A stretch of DNA of 64,000 nt from Octopus vulgaris (Eukaryota): contig OX597830.1 in NCBI GenBank assembly GCA_951406725.2, positions 23,126,001 to 23,190,000 of the forward strand. Direction: 5' to 3'. Position 1 is the stretch's first letter. Each line of letters begins with the position of its first letter. The notes below the pieces were generated by a model. It made no database searches. It saw nothing but the letters and a program-made list of their open reading frames with translations, and was not told the DNA's origin. This document shows, one piece after another, positions 12,307-24,690 of this stretch. The translations under genes and the position numbers were made by a program.

Positions 12307-13029
12307 GTGCACACAAAGCCAAACATCAAAAGACTAGCCGAATGGCAGTGACATTTGGAAGTTTGCCAGGCAAAGATCAATAGTAATAAAGGTAAGAGAG
12401 GTTGGATGTGCAGAAAGGTATAAAACCATTGTTGCTGTTGTTGTTGTTGGTGGTGGTGGTGGTGGAGGAGGTGTTTAGCCCAAGGTCAGTCTTCATCTAG
12501 CAGACCCATGATCAAAAACATTTAAGCTATGAAGTCTATCACGTTTTTTCCCCCATTATAATTATTCTTTTTATTTGCCTATTTCTGGTATTGTGTGCCC
12601 TGGACTATATTATGTAATGAATATAGTCTTTCGTGTGACAGCAGGGTGTGGTTTGAAGGAGAATTGGTTGTTAATTCTAGCAGATCGAATAATGTGGAGG
12701 CTTTCTTCAGATGGTTGTAATCTTCACGCACGCATATATGTGCATACATGGGTGTGTGAGTGTGTGACCCAGTGGTCAGGATGTTGCACGCACGACTGTG
12801 AGATCGTGGGTTCAATTCCCGGAGCAGGCGGGGGCGTTGTGTTCTTGAGCGAAACACTTCATCTCACGTTTGCTCTGTGATCTTTTCGACATCTAACGTG
12901 TGGCACACTGTGCACCTGTACAGACGTCGACTCGGATCACTATAAACGTGTAATTTGTGCAGGTTGTGCCACAACAAACTGCGGAACAACACTCAGCTGT
13001 TGTCAACAGGAGAGTCCACGATCTAAGTA

Positions 13030-13086
<57 letters not shown>

Positions 13087-13381
13087 TATATATGTATATA
13101 TATATATATGACCTTCGAACGCGGAGTAGATGAAACCATGGCGACTGAAGAAGGGGAATTTTCCTTGTGTTATTTGTCCTGTACTCTATTTTTTCGTTGT
13201 TTAAGAAAAATGTCCAGTTCCTTGGTTTTGTGTTTATGTTTTCGTTTCTCATTGTGTTCGGCGTTATTTTGGTGTCCTGTACCCATATATGCATGTATAT
13301 ATACATGTAGATGTAGGTACGTACATATATGTATGTATATATGCATATGTTTTATTTATTAATTTGTTATATATATATATA

Positions 13382-14594
13382 CAGGGGTTGGGCAAAATAA
13401 TGGAAACATAGCATCATAGCATCGTAATTTTGAAATATCTATAAAACCGTCAATAGCTTGTTTATTTTTATGGTTTTTGATTTATTATTAGTGTTGCTTA
13501 ATATGTTTTGCTAAAATTGCTGTTTCTTTTCAGATATCATCAGAAAAAGGTAATTAAAATTCAATAAAATGACAGATCTATCGGATTTTCAAAGCGTAAC
13601 GAAAACAGTCGAAATGTTTAGTGTATCAAGAAGTACTGTCTCAAAAGTAATGACAGCCTTTGAGAAAGAGGGAAAAACCTCCTTGTCGAAACAAAACTCC
13701 GGAAGAAAATCAAAACTTTCAGATAGGGACTGTCGGACTTTTACGCAAATTGTTAGAAAGGATCAAAAAAGTATAACTCCCAAAGTTGCTCGAGAACCCA
13801 GTTTCCACAAAAACTGTTTGCCGGGAGCTGCACAAAGCCTGATTTTATTGGAGGGCTGCAATCAGAAAACCACTACTTCCAAAAACAAACGTTGCAAAGC
13901 ATTTAGAGTGGAGTAAAAACCTACAGAATTGGTCCCTAGCGCAGTGGAAGAATGGTATTTTCTCGGACGAGTCATCCTTTACCTTATTTTCGACCACCGG
14001 CCGAGTATACGTGTGAAGACAGCCAAAAGAAGCATTTGACCCAGTCCGCCTTCTTTTAACTGTTAAACATGGAGGAGGATCTCTAATGACGGGGGGGGAG
14101 CTATATCTTGGAAATCCGCTGGCCCAATGGTTTTCCTTCATGGCAGAATTAATAGTTATGACTATTTAAGCATTCTATCTGATCAAATTCATCCTATGGT
14201 TGCGGGACTGTTTCCGGAGGGAAACGCAATCTTTCAGGATGATAATGCACCAATTCACACAACTAAAGTTGTTACTGAATGGCACGAGGAACATTCTAGT
14301 GAAGTTGAATATCTTATCTGGCCACTACAGTCCCCAGATCTCAATATTATTGAACATTTACGGTGAATTTTAGAAAAACAAGTAAGAGTCTATGTCCTCC
14401 ATCATCATGACTACAAGAACTGGAGACTGTTTTAGCTGAAGAATGGAGAAAAATTCCTTTGGAAATAATTCAAACTTTGTACGAGTCCATACCTCATAAA
14501 ATTCAAGCTGTAATTACTGCCAAAGGCGGTCCTACCCCATATTAAAATTAATTTGTTTGAAATTTTAAGGTGTTTCTATTATTTTGTCCAACCC

Positions 14595-14597
<3 letters not shown>
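13382..14597 (+). mobile_element. Tc1-like DNA transposon (DD36E spacing), decayed
   Basis: TIRs CAGGGGTTGG(G/A)CAAAATAAT(G/A)GAAACA with TA target site inside (TA)n. Motifs FSDESSF, FQDDNAPIH and SPDLNIIE. Frameshifts and stops present. Confidence 0.92.
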
Positions 14598-14662
<65 letters not shown>

Positions 14663-14667
14663 GCACA

Positions 14668-15185
14668 CAGGGTGGGTGGAATGTAACTAGGCATTAGAAA
14701 TTGCTTAAAGAATTTTTAGTATCACTGAAGTCATGACGAAAACACTTTAAACAGATTGAGATTTTTTTAAAATGTTATTGTCTTGTTTCTTATTTTCCAG
14801 ATGGCTGGTCACTTGGCTGTTCAGGAGCGATCTAAGATAGCAGGACGCTATCAAGTGTGGAATCCTACTGTTTTGCTTCAGATATGGTGGCGTGGATGGA
14901 AAGGTAAGCATGCAACACTGTGTCCGGAGACAATAAAAAGTTGTCACGCAAAGCTGATGACCACGGACTCTGTGAACGATGCAAGAGGTGGCCGCCCAAC
15001 CACATCCCGAGCAGAGGAGAATGTGGCAACAGTGCAGGAAATGTTTAATCGCAGCCCGTAAAAATCAACACGCCAAGCATCTCGTGAAAGTGGACTAACA
15101 ACACACACACTTGCAAGTCGACTAAATAGATAGAAGAGTATTGTAGGAAATGAAGGAGAGCATATTTTAGATTTAAAAAGAACTT
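14668..15185 (+). mobile_element. Internally deleted Tc1/mariner-superfamily element with DUF4817-like HTH N-terminus
   Basis: MAGHLAVQERSKIA...SVNDARGGRPTTSRAEENVATVQEMFNRSP*KSTRQASRESGL joined to a C-terminal ...NEGEHI remnant. Confidence 0.7.
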
Positions 15186-15440
15186 TATCTTAATTTTGAA
15201 AAAGAAAAGAAGTATAAATAAACCGCATTATTTCTAGGATAACTCTAGTTCGTCTGTCGTTACGTCCAGAGTTCAAATTCCGCCGAGGTCGACTTTGCCT
15301 TTCATCCTTTCGGGGTCGATAAATAAAGTACCAGTTTCGCACTGGGGTCGATGTAATCGACTTAATCCCTTTGTCTGTCCTTGTTTGACCCCTCTATGTT
15401 TAGCCCTTGTGGGTAGTAAAAAAATATATTTCTAGGATAA

Positions 15441-15507
<67 letters not shown>

Positions 15508-15533
15508 ATTTAGATATATATATATATATATAT

Positions 15534-15569
<36 letters not shown>

Positions 15570-15594
15570 CACATATGCATATATTTATGTATAT

Positions 15595-15862
15595 ATAATA
15601 TTTTATAAGCTTATGGTTTATAAGCGGTCACCGTGTAATGACTTAAGAAAATAGGATAAATTTATTTGCCGTAAAAAAAATTACCAAATAGTCTAATACT
15701 GGGGCATATAAGCCCTCGACGGAAAAAAGTAGGGTACGGAAAAAAAGTATGGTTCTCGTATCCTACTTTTTTTCCGCTGAGGGCTTATATGCCCCAATAT
15801 TAGACTATTTTCTTATTTCATTGCAGTAATCACTTATAAGCCTTAAGCTTACAAAATATTAT
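15595..15862. repeat. Imperfect palindrome between TA tracts (Penelope-like inverted remnant)
   Basis: Arms 15686-15738 and 15757-15810 are reverse complements, with outer arms extending to 15595 and 15862. Confidence 0.75.
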
Positions 15863-15926
15863 TTACAGAATTGTAAAATTCGAAGCTACTAACGAAAGAC
15901 TATCGCGCATATATATATATATATAT

Positions 15927-16455
15927 ATTAGAAAAAATAAGGTACTCAGAGATCTGGATGGTTGTACATTTACAGATTTTTATTAATATGTCACATGTTT
16001 TTATAAATCATATATTAGCCTAGCCACCTGGTTTTGCCATTTTTAAAGACCAAGAATCAACTCATAACTTTCTATTGAAGGAACTGACCAGCTGTGTAGA
16101 TGTAAACACATTTTGTCTTCTTTCTCTCTTCCTTCTTTCTTTCCTTCTCTTTCTCCATTGACACTCCTTTCAGATACACAGGCGCGCACACACACACACA
16201 CAAAAACACACTCTCTCTCTCTCACTTTTTCCCCATTCCTCGCCCTCTTTTACTATCCTATATATCTCTCCACCCCTACACACTCAATAATACTATAAAT
16301 AGAGACGAATCCCCTCAAAAAATTCCAATCTGAAGAATCTACTAGAGTAGATGCAAGCGCTATTATATTATTTATAAAAACATGTGACATATTAATAAGT
16401 ATCTGTAAATGTACAACCATCTAGATCTCTGAGTACCTTATTTTTTTCTAATATA
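15927..16455. mobile_element. Insert with ~90-bp terminal inverted repeats in (TA)n, containing a hammerhead-like motif at 16327-16364
   Basis: 15927-16015 is the reverse complement of 16361-16455. Internal motif CUGAAGA AUCUAC-UAGA-GUAGAU GCAA GCGC UA. Confidence 0.6.
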
Positions 16456-16480
16456 TAATACCTGTACATCACCTCGAAAC

Positions 16481-16547
<67 letters not shown>

Positions 16548-17406
16548 CCCCAGCATGGCCACAGCTCATGAGCTGAAACTAAAAAATCAAATTAAAAAAA
16601 ATCAAATCAAATATATATAAAGTATTGCGGTAGCTTTCGCAATTTAGAACCGATAGGCAACAAGTACAGTTGTCACTAAAGTGGGAAATGCTGGTGCTTA
16701 CTAACACCTTTTGTCACACACACACACACAAAAGAATATACAGATATCCCAACCACATATACACACTTACAAACACACACACTCACACACACGCATTCTT
16801 TACATGTTTTGTAATCAAATTCCGCAATTCCCAATGATCAAATATGAAACCGTAAACAATTTCGCGTTCCTGTATTTTTAGTCAGAGGAAATACAATCTA
16901 AGCTCGACAAAATACATTTAGGGCAGTGTCGAGATAGATGGGGATGGTGGGGGATTGCGTAGTTACAATGGAGACGTCTATAAGAATCATTAAAAGAGAA
17001 CAGTATCTAAAATCAATGTATACGAACGGGCGTACACACACACGCGCAAGCGGCATACCTACACAAGTGTGCCCCACGGTTTTGTTTCCGCATAACTCTC
17101 AGAAAACAACGGATAATTTTTCATGAAATTTTCTTCAAATACGTTTCAGATGGTGTAGGTTCGGATTATATCGTAATTTGTTGTGACAAAATTTTTCCGA
17201 CTGTGAAGAAGAAGGGTTTTGTAAAATTTACACGAGTCAGCTTCGTTTCCACATAACTTTCAGAAAAATGGAAACTTTAAAATGAAAATGTAGACAAATA
17301 CCATTCAGATGGTATAGAACACGATTATATCGGAATTTAATATGAAAGGGGAAAAAAAAAATGGTGGGCTGGTGCACATGCATACAGATTTTTTAAATTT
17401 ATTTAT

Positions 17407-17702
17407 GCGCCCTTTTCAAGCCTAGCCAGGCTCATGAGCCCGGTTTCCTGGTTTCTGTGGCGTATGTGTTCCCCCCAGCTGGACAGGACACCAGTCCATC
17501 GCAGCGTTACTCAAGAAACAAAAAGAAAGTGTGAGAGAAAGTTGGGGCGAAAGAGTACAACAGGGGTTGCCACCACCCCCTGTCGGAGCCTCGTGGAGCT
17601 TTAGGTGTTTTCGCTCAATAAACTCACATAAGCCTGGTCTGGGAATCGAAACCGCGATCCTCCGACCGCGAGTCCGCTGCCCTAACCACTGGGTCATTGC
17701 GA
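17407..17702 (-). mobile_element. tRNA-derived SINE with V-domain-like core
   Basis: Head gcaatgacccagtggttagggcag...ggtttcgattccc, followed by gcgatggactggtgtcctgtccag, which resembles the V-SINE central domain. Confidence 0.7.
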
Positions 17703-18139
17703 CTCCAATGCATACAGATACACGTCTGCAAAATGAAACCTAGAAAATTTGAAGAAAAAAACTGTGATGTGCGTGTGCATGCTCATTCATTCATTTTTTG
17801 TTTTCTTTTTCACTTTAAATTCCGAAATACTTGGAATCTATACAATCTCAATAGCTTTTGCAGAAAATTTCATGAAACAAAACACCTATTTTTCTGTAAG
17901 TTATGAACAAACAAAGCTGACTTGTGTGAATTTTCCGAAACTCCTCTCTCCACACTTGGAAAAAACTTTATTCAACAACTTTCAATATGATTGGAAGCTA
18001 CACCATCAAGTGGATTTGTAGAAGATTTAGATAAAAAACTATTTATTTTTCTGGAAGTTATCAGGAAACATCTACACGAATATAGTGCACACATACATAC
18101 ATGTATATATACATAAACTTCTCAGAACTCTATCCTAGT

Positions 18140-18542
18140 TCTTACTTCTTTACTGCCCACAAGGGGATAAACACAGAGGGGACAAACGGATTAAGTCGAT
18201 TATATCGACTCCAGTGCGTAAACTGGTACTTATTTAATCGACCCCGAAAGGATGAAAGACAAAGTCGACTGGGCGGAATTTGAACTCAGAACTTAGCGGC
18301 AGACGAAATACCTATTTCTTTACTACCCACAAGGGGCTAAACACAGAGAGGACAAACAAGGACAGACACACGGATTAAGTCGATTACATCGACCCCAGTG
18401 CGTAACTGGTACTTATTTAATCGACTCCGAAAGGATGAAAGGCAAAGTCGACCTCGGCGGAATTTGAACTCAGAACGTAGCGGCAGACCAAATACGGTTA
18501 CGCATTTCGCCAGGCGTGCTAACGATTCTGCCAGCTCGCCAC
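18140..18542 (-). mobile_element. SINE family A head-to-tail dimer
   Basis: Two ~190-bp units joined at gacgaaatacc|tatttctttactacccac. Confidence 0.85.
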
Positions 18543-19174
18543 CCTCAGTTCTAGTTCACTCTTCCCTAGTTCTAATGAGTAAAGTAAAACAGTAGCACTA
18601 AGACATGGGCCTTTTCTGAATCTTAGGAGTCACAAGTTCGGAGTTTAAACCGGATTCCATGGCGTATAAGTGCTTGAAATTATAAGGCCATCCCATCTGA
18701 AAAACACGCCGGTCTATCGCAGTGCTAACTTTCCAGCTATTGCTGAAACTCACTTGTAGCTGAATGAATTGGAGCAACGTAAAATGAAGTGTCTTTCTCA
18801 AGAAAACAACGCGCCGTCTAGTGTGGGTATCGAAACCATGATCTTAAGATCGTGAGTGTAACGCTCTAACCACTAGGCCTCGGGCCTTTAGAAGGTCAGA
18901 GGAAACTAGAGATGGTCTGAGTCGGTAAATGATTGAATCAGAGGAGTACATGTTACGTCGTGGTAAAAAAGAAAAAAATATCTAACGTTTCGGAGCAGAA
19001 ACCTTCATCGAACATAAGGATGATGGTAGAGGACCGCTGCTGCAGTAACAATCTACATTGCCTTTTATTAATTCATCAAAACCGTTACTTGATTATTTCT
19101 GAAACTCTTATTTTCCATCGTCAATACCAACTTTAGACAAGGCTGAAACTGAAGAAAATGTCCTAAATGAAAAT

Positions 19175-19282
19175 GATATCAATGGGATGATGTATCAGAG
19201 ACGAAGCAAAGGATATTACTGGATTGATATATCAGAGATGAAACAAAGGATATCAATGGGCTGATATATTATAGATGAAGCC
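19175..19282. repeat. 37-bp minisatellite, ~3 copies
   Basis: Unit gatatcaatgggatgatgtatcagagacgaagcaaag and variants. Confidence 0.8.
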
Positions 19283-19879
19283 AGTTACATGATTAATTAT
19301 ATTTCATCCCACGTAGTATATTACATAATATGTTACGCGTGTACAGGCAGAATAACGCTGTGAAGAATCCCAAATTAATAGCACATTGATACAAAGGATG
19401 AGAAGAATGCCAATCCGTCTGAGATTTGATTTCAATAGATTTGGTTCCTTCGCCGTAGTTGGCTACATTCAGAGACTTACTAAGGTTGAAGACACATTTG
19501 TTACCCGGGTAGATGAAATATTATACACATTCAGCACGATGAATGATGCGTCGGATAACATCTAAGCCACAACAATCGCATCCAGCCGGGCAATGTTTCA
19601 TCTATCTAGACAACAAATATTTCACCAACCTTTGCAACAATTCCCTAGCGTAACCAACTACAACAAAGGGACAAAATCGATTGAAATTAACTCTAGTGTG
19701 TACGGCTGGGAATATGGAGTGAGAACAGAGAAGAAGGGTTTTTCCATTTTGACCAAGCACTCATTAAATTTTCAAGTATCCCTACAAAAGGAATGCGGGG
19801 CTGGGGTGGTGGAAGAGAAGTGCTATCTTCCAACAAATTTGTTGAACGATGAGTGAAACTGGTAAGTATGGTGTGCTCA

Positions 19880-20285
19880 GGCTGAGGTAATTCGAATATA
19901 TAGGTTGGACGTTAGCACGCTGGGTGAAATGCTTGGCGGTATTTCGTCTGCCGTTACGTTCCGAGTTCAAATTCCGCCGAGGCCGACTTTGCCTTTCATC
20001 CTTTCGGGGTTGATAAATTAAGTACCAGCTACGTACTAGGATCGATGTAATCGACTTAATTCGTTTGTCTGTCCTTGTTTGTCCCCTCTGTGTTTAGCCC
20101 CTTGTGGGTAGTAAAGAAATAGGTATTTCGTCTGCCGCTACGTTCTGAGTTCAAATTTCGCCGAGGTCGACTTTGCCTTTCATCCTTTCGGGGTCGATAA
20201 ATTAAGTACCAGTTACGTACTGGGGTCGATCTAATCGACTGGCCGTCAAAATTTCGGGCCTTGTGCCTAGAGTAGAAAAGAATAT
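19880..20285 (+). mobile_element. SINE family A head-to-tail dimer
   Basis: Same junction (gtaaagaaata|ggtatttcgtctgcc) as 18140-18542. Confidence 0.85.
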
Positions 20286-21421
20286 ATAGGTTCTGATTTA
20301 CCCAAAGTGACTCTTCCCCCATTGGGATCTAAAACAATAGTTATCTATACATACGATCTCTCTCTCTCACGCCTTTTACGACGTCCTATGGTGTTGCTCA
20401 AGTACTGTCTCCACAGCTATTAAAGACCCTTGCTTTTAATAGTTGAATCAATCCAAAATTATATCGGCATTTCTTCGACTGGGACCCAAAACAACTATTA
20501 TTTAGACAAGTGATTTTTTACATTTGTTTCTCTCTCTCACTTCTTTTCCACACACCACAACTCTTCCCCGGCGTTTTGGAAGTCTTCGTCTTATTCCTAT
20601 ATTGGGCCCCAAGCACTGTCTCCGTGCCTTTAAATTATCGTTATTACATGTAAGAACAGTGACTGACAAAATCAACACAGCATCAGGCGAAAATCTTAGC
20701 GATATTTTAATTACCGTATTTGATAACATATAAAACGCAATTAATTTCCCCAAAACAGGATTAAAAAAATAACAACAAAAACAAAAGCACCCCAGGCTCT
20801 CTATATGAAGTTGCATTAGATATTGATTTCCACTTTGGTACAAAGCCAGCAGCTTTCAGGGAGTTGATAAGTTGATAAAGTATTCAACTGGTACGTATTT
20901 TATCGGCCCCAAAAGGATGAAAGGTAAAGTCCACCCCAGTAGCACTTGAACTCAAAACGTAAAGTCGGAAGAAATGCCGTTAAACGTTTTGCCCGATGCG
21001 GTAACGATCCTGCCAGCTTCATGCCTTACAAAGCTGTTTTAGATATTGGTTTCGAATTTTGACACAAGGCCAGCAATTTCGTGGGAAGGGGTAAGTCGAT
21101 TACATCGATCTCAGTGCTGAACAATCACTTATTTTATCGACCCCGAAAGGATAAAAGGCAAAGTCGACCTCGGCGGAATTTGAACTCAGAACGTACAGGC
21201 GGATGAAATGCCGTTAAGCATTTTGTCCAGAGTGCTAAACGATTCTGTCAGCTCACCGCCTTACAAAGTTGTTTTACATATTTATTGCCCACAAGATGCT
21301 AAACATAGAGGGGACAAACAAGGACAGATAAAGGGTTTCAGTTGTTTTACATATTACGCGCTTTAATACATAAAAACGTTATCTCCTGAAATTACGGTGC
21401 AATCTAATATACTCATGTATC

Positions 21422-22159
21422 GGATCTTTACCTTTTGACCGACAGATTTTTTAAATAATTTTTTGTAACTAAACATTTTCAGACTTCATATACTGGTAGA
21501 ATGTGTCACATAAAACATCTTTTACTCTTGGCGTTGTTGAGAAAATTCTATATCTTGGAAGTTATTTCTTGTTAAAGTTGTCGTATTTCGGTAATTTCAA
21601 CCAATCAATGACGTGTATTCAGCAGAATAAAATTACTGCTGTTGTTTGTCAACAACTATCGGCGGTGTATATTTCGTTTGTCACTGTTATTTATGACATC
21701 GTTCGTGAGTTTGTACTGGTTTTAGCTTTAAAGTTTTAGGGTTAGGGTTTTAGGATTAGGGTTTTGGGGTTAGAATTACGGAAAAAATTTTTTAAATGAA
21801 GCAGGAACGATTATAGTGGTGCCACGAAGTAAACATGCTTCAGATACACTCGTTTATTCATACAAACGTAACTGAGATTAAATATGTCATAAATAACAGT
21901 GACAAACGAAATATACACCACCGGAATTTGTTGACAAACAGCAGTAATTTTATTCAGCTGAATACACGTCATTGATTGGTTGAAATTACCGGAATACAAC
22001 AACTTTAACAAGGAATAACTTCCAAAATACAGAATTTTCTCAACAACGCCAAGAGTAAAAGATGTTTTATGTGACACATTCTATCACTATACGAAGTTTG
22101 AAAGTGTTTTAGTTACAAAAAATTATTTTTTAAAACTGTCGGCCAAAAGGTAAAGATCC
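21422..22159. mobile_element. Non-autonomous long-TIR DNA transposon, probably Merlin-like
   Basis: ~277-bp TIRs starting GGATCTTTACCTTTT. Exact 8-bp TSD catgtatc (21414-21421 and 22160-22167). Internal TTAGGG-like tract. Confidence 0.85.
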
Positions 22160-22574
22160 CATGTATCTTTTATGCCATCGAAATTTGATAGCTTCCTTTC
22201 CGTTCTGCGTTCAAATCCCAAAAGACCAACTTCGCCTTTCCTTCTTCGAGAAACGGTCTAAATAAGTACCAGCTAAGTGCTTGGGTCGATGTAATTGACT
22301 ATTCACTTCGTCACGCCTTCAAAATCTGTTGGTATAGTGCCCAATGTAGAAATCTTTATCATTATAAAAGGAGTAACAACGATTTTTAGTACAGTCGTGT
22401 CAATTAAAGACACCACCACCACCACCAGCACCACCACCATCATCATCAGCATTACTATTTATTTGGCACAAAAATCTCTGTATATCGCATTATACATTTA
22501 TATACAGTGTATTATAGCACATCCATCTGTTTCCTTTCTTTATCTCATACATTTTCTTCCCTTTCTCACTTCCG

Positions 22575-22575
22575 C

Positions 22576-22628
<53 letters not shown>

Positions 22629-22856
22629 TGTGTGTATGCATGTGTATATATGTACATGTGTGTGTGTATATATATATATACGTATGTATGTGTTGTGTGT
22701 GTATATATAAATATATATATATATATATATAAACACACTTTATATATATACATGTATATACGTATGTATATATGTGTGTGTATATATATATATATACACA
22801 ACCACGTATATATACATACACATATGTATATATATATATATATATATACAAACACA

Positions 22857-22894
<38 letters not shown>

Positions 22895-22942
22895 CACGTA
22901 TGTATATGTGTATGTATATATATATATATACACAAACACACG

Positions 22943-23019
<77 letters not shown>

Positions 23020-23040
23020 ATATACATATATGCATATATG
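22575..23040. repeat. Compound (TG)n/(TA)n microsatellite
   Basis: Visible directly. Similar tracts at 31200-31750, 33230-33500 and 40850-42980. Confidence 0.95.
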
Positions 23041-23507
23041 TACTCCGAGGAAGTGTTTCATAATGTGCCAAACAAATATTAGCCATCTCCAGAGGAACCA
23101 GGTAAGACACAGTTTGGCACAATGGTAGTGGTAGTAGCAGCAGCAGTAGTGATTGTTGCTGTTGTTATTGTTGTTGTGAGAAGTTAGGGTGGTAGGAAAG
23201 GTGTGTGCAAACTTAGCAAACCTATCGATTAATCGGTATTAACGATTGATTATGTAAACTTGTAGGCTGTTTATTTCTTTAGCAGCTTTTACTTGTTAGT
23301 TAACGATGAAGATCAATAGGAGTTGCTGTTGATGTTGGTGTTGCTGTACTGTGTGACTTTAGGGCTTGGCGGTGATAGGATATTTGGAGAGAGGGAGGGA
23401 GGGAGAGCGAGAGGGGAGAGACTGGTGGAGGGTGAGAGTAAGAGAGAGTTTGAAATGTACGTAGAGAATAATACTAGATATGGGCAAGACAACTTCGAGT
23501 GTGTGTG

Positions 23508-23509
<2 letters not shown>

Positions 23510-23545
<36 letters not shown>

Positions 23546-23645
23546 GGATAATAATAATAATAATAAGAAGAAGAAGAAGAAGAAATGATGATGATAATAA
23601 TAATAAGAAGAAGAAGAAGGAAGAGGATGATAATAATAATAATAA

Positions 23646-23676
<31 letters not shown>

Positions 23677-23683
23677 AAAGAGG

Positions 23684-23745
<62 letters not shown>

Positions 23746-23765
23746 AAGAAAGAGGATGATAATAG
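23510..23765. repeat. Compound (GA)n/(AAT)n/(AAG)n microsatellite
   Basis: Visible directly. Confidence 0.95.
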
Positions 23766-24149
23766 AAGGAAAAGTTTGAATAGATGGATAAAAAGATGCT
23801 GCGAAATTGGAAGTATGAAAGGGAAGAGGAAACTGGATGTTGTGATGGTCATGCCTTTCTGAAATTGCCATTAGAGATAGAGGTAATATGAAATGGCTTC
23901 GTCCAATAGCTCATCTGGTGGGGATGGTAATGGTGGAAGTGGGGTCGGTCCTTCCCGGGCACTCTTGGGTCGGGTTTGATGTGTAAGCTTGTGTAGGCTG
24001 TGTTGCCAAGTGGGGTGGTGGAAAAAAAATCAAGGGCTGCCCCGGCGGCACGCTCTTTCGTTACACCACTGGGTTCACCAGACGTACCTTCGTGTGGGGA
24101 GGTCGATTTGGAGTCAGAGTAAGTGGTGTGAGGTGTATAGAGGTACTTT

Positions 24150-24690
24150 AATTGGATATTTCTGAGGGGAACTGTGTAAGGTACCTTCGTGTGGGGCTTT
24201 GTGAGGAAGTGTTAGGGTACCCTCATGTGGAGGTTTGAGGGGAGGTGTTTAGCCTTACATTTATGTGGAGGCTTGTGAGTGGAGGCGTGTAGGGGTACCT
24301 TTATATGGAGGCTTGTGAGGGGAGGCATTTAGGGGTACCTTTATATAAAGGTACCCCTAAATCTATGGAGGCTTGTAAGGGGAGGCGTGTAGGGGTACCT
24401 TTATTTGAATGCTTGTGAGGAGAGGCGTGTAGGGGTACCTTTATATGGAGGCTTGTGAGGAGAGGCGTGTAGGGTACCTTTATATTGAGGCTTGTGAGGA
24501 GAGGCGTGTAGGGGTACCTTTATATTGAGGCTTGTGAGGAGAGGCGTGTAGGGGTACCTTTATATGGAGGCTTGTGAGTAGGTTTGTGAGGTAAAGTGTG
24601 TAAAGGTTGGAGGCTTGTGGTGGGAGGTGTGCTGGGGTACCTTCGGGTGGAGGTTTATGAGGGAAGGAGGCGTGGAACGGTACCGTCATG
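24150..24690. repeat. ~40-bp minisatellite
   Basis: Unit ggcttgtgaggagaggcgtgtaggggtacctttatatgga, about 10 copies, decaying toward the edges. Confidence 0.9.

Noticed and set aside
11480-12380. Long minus-strand ORFs of 234-280 aa
   Set aside because: Open in all three frames because of (TC)/(TTTC) low complexity; no protein-like content.
13142-13170. CUGAAGA followed by a hairpin
   Set aside because: No GAAA box or stem III, although the host insert may be Penelope-like.
21503-22077. Two similar opposing ORFs (MSHKTSFTLGVVEK...)
   Set aside because: Chance reading frames within the two TIRs of a MITE.
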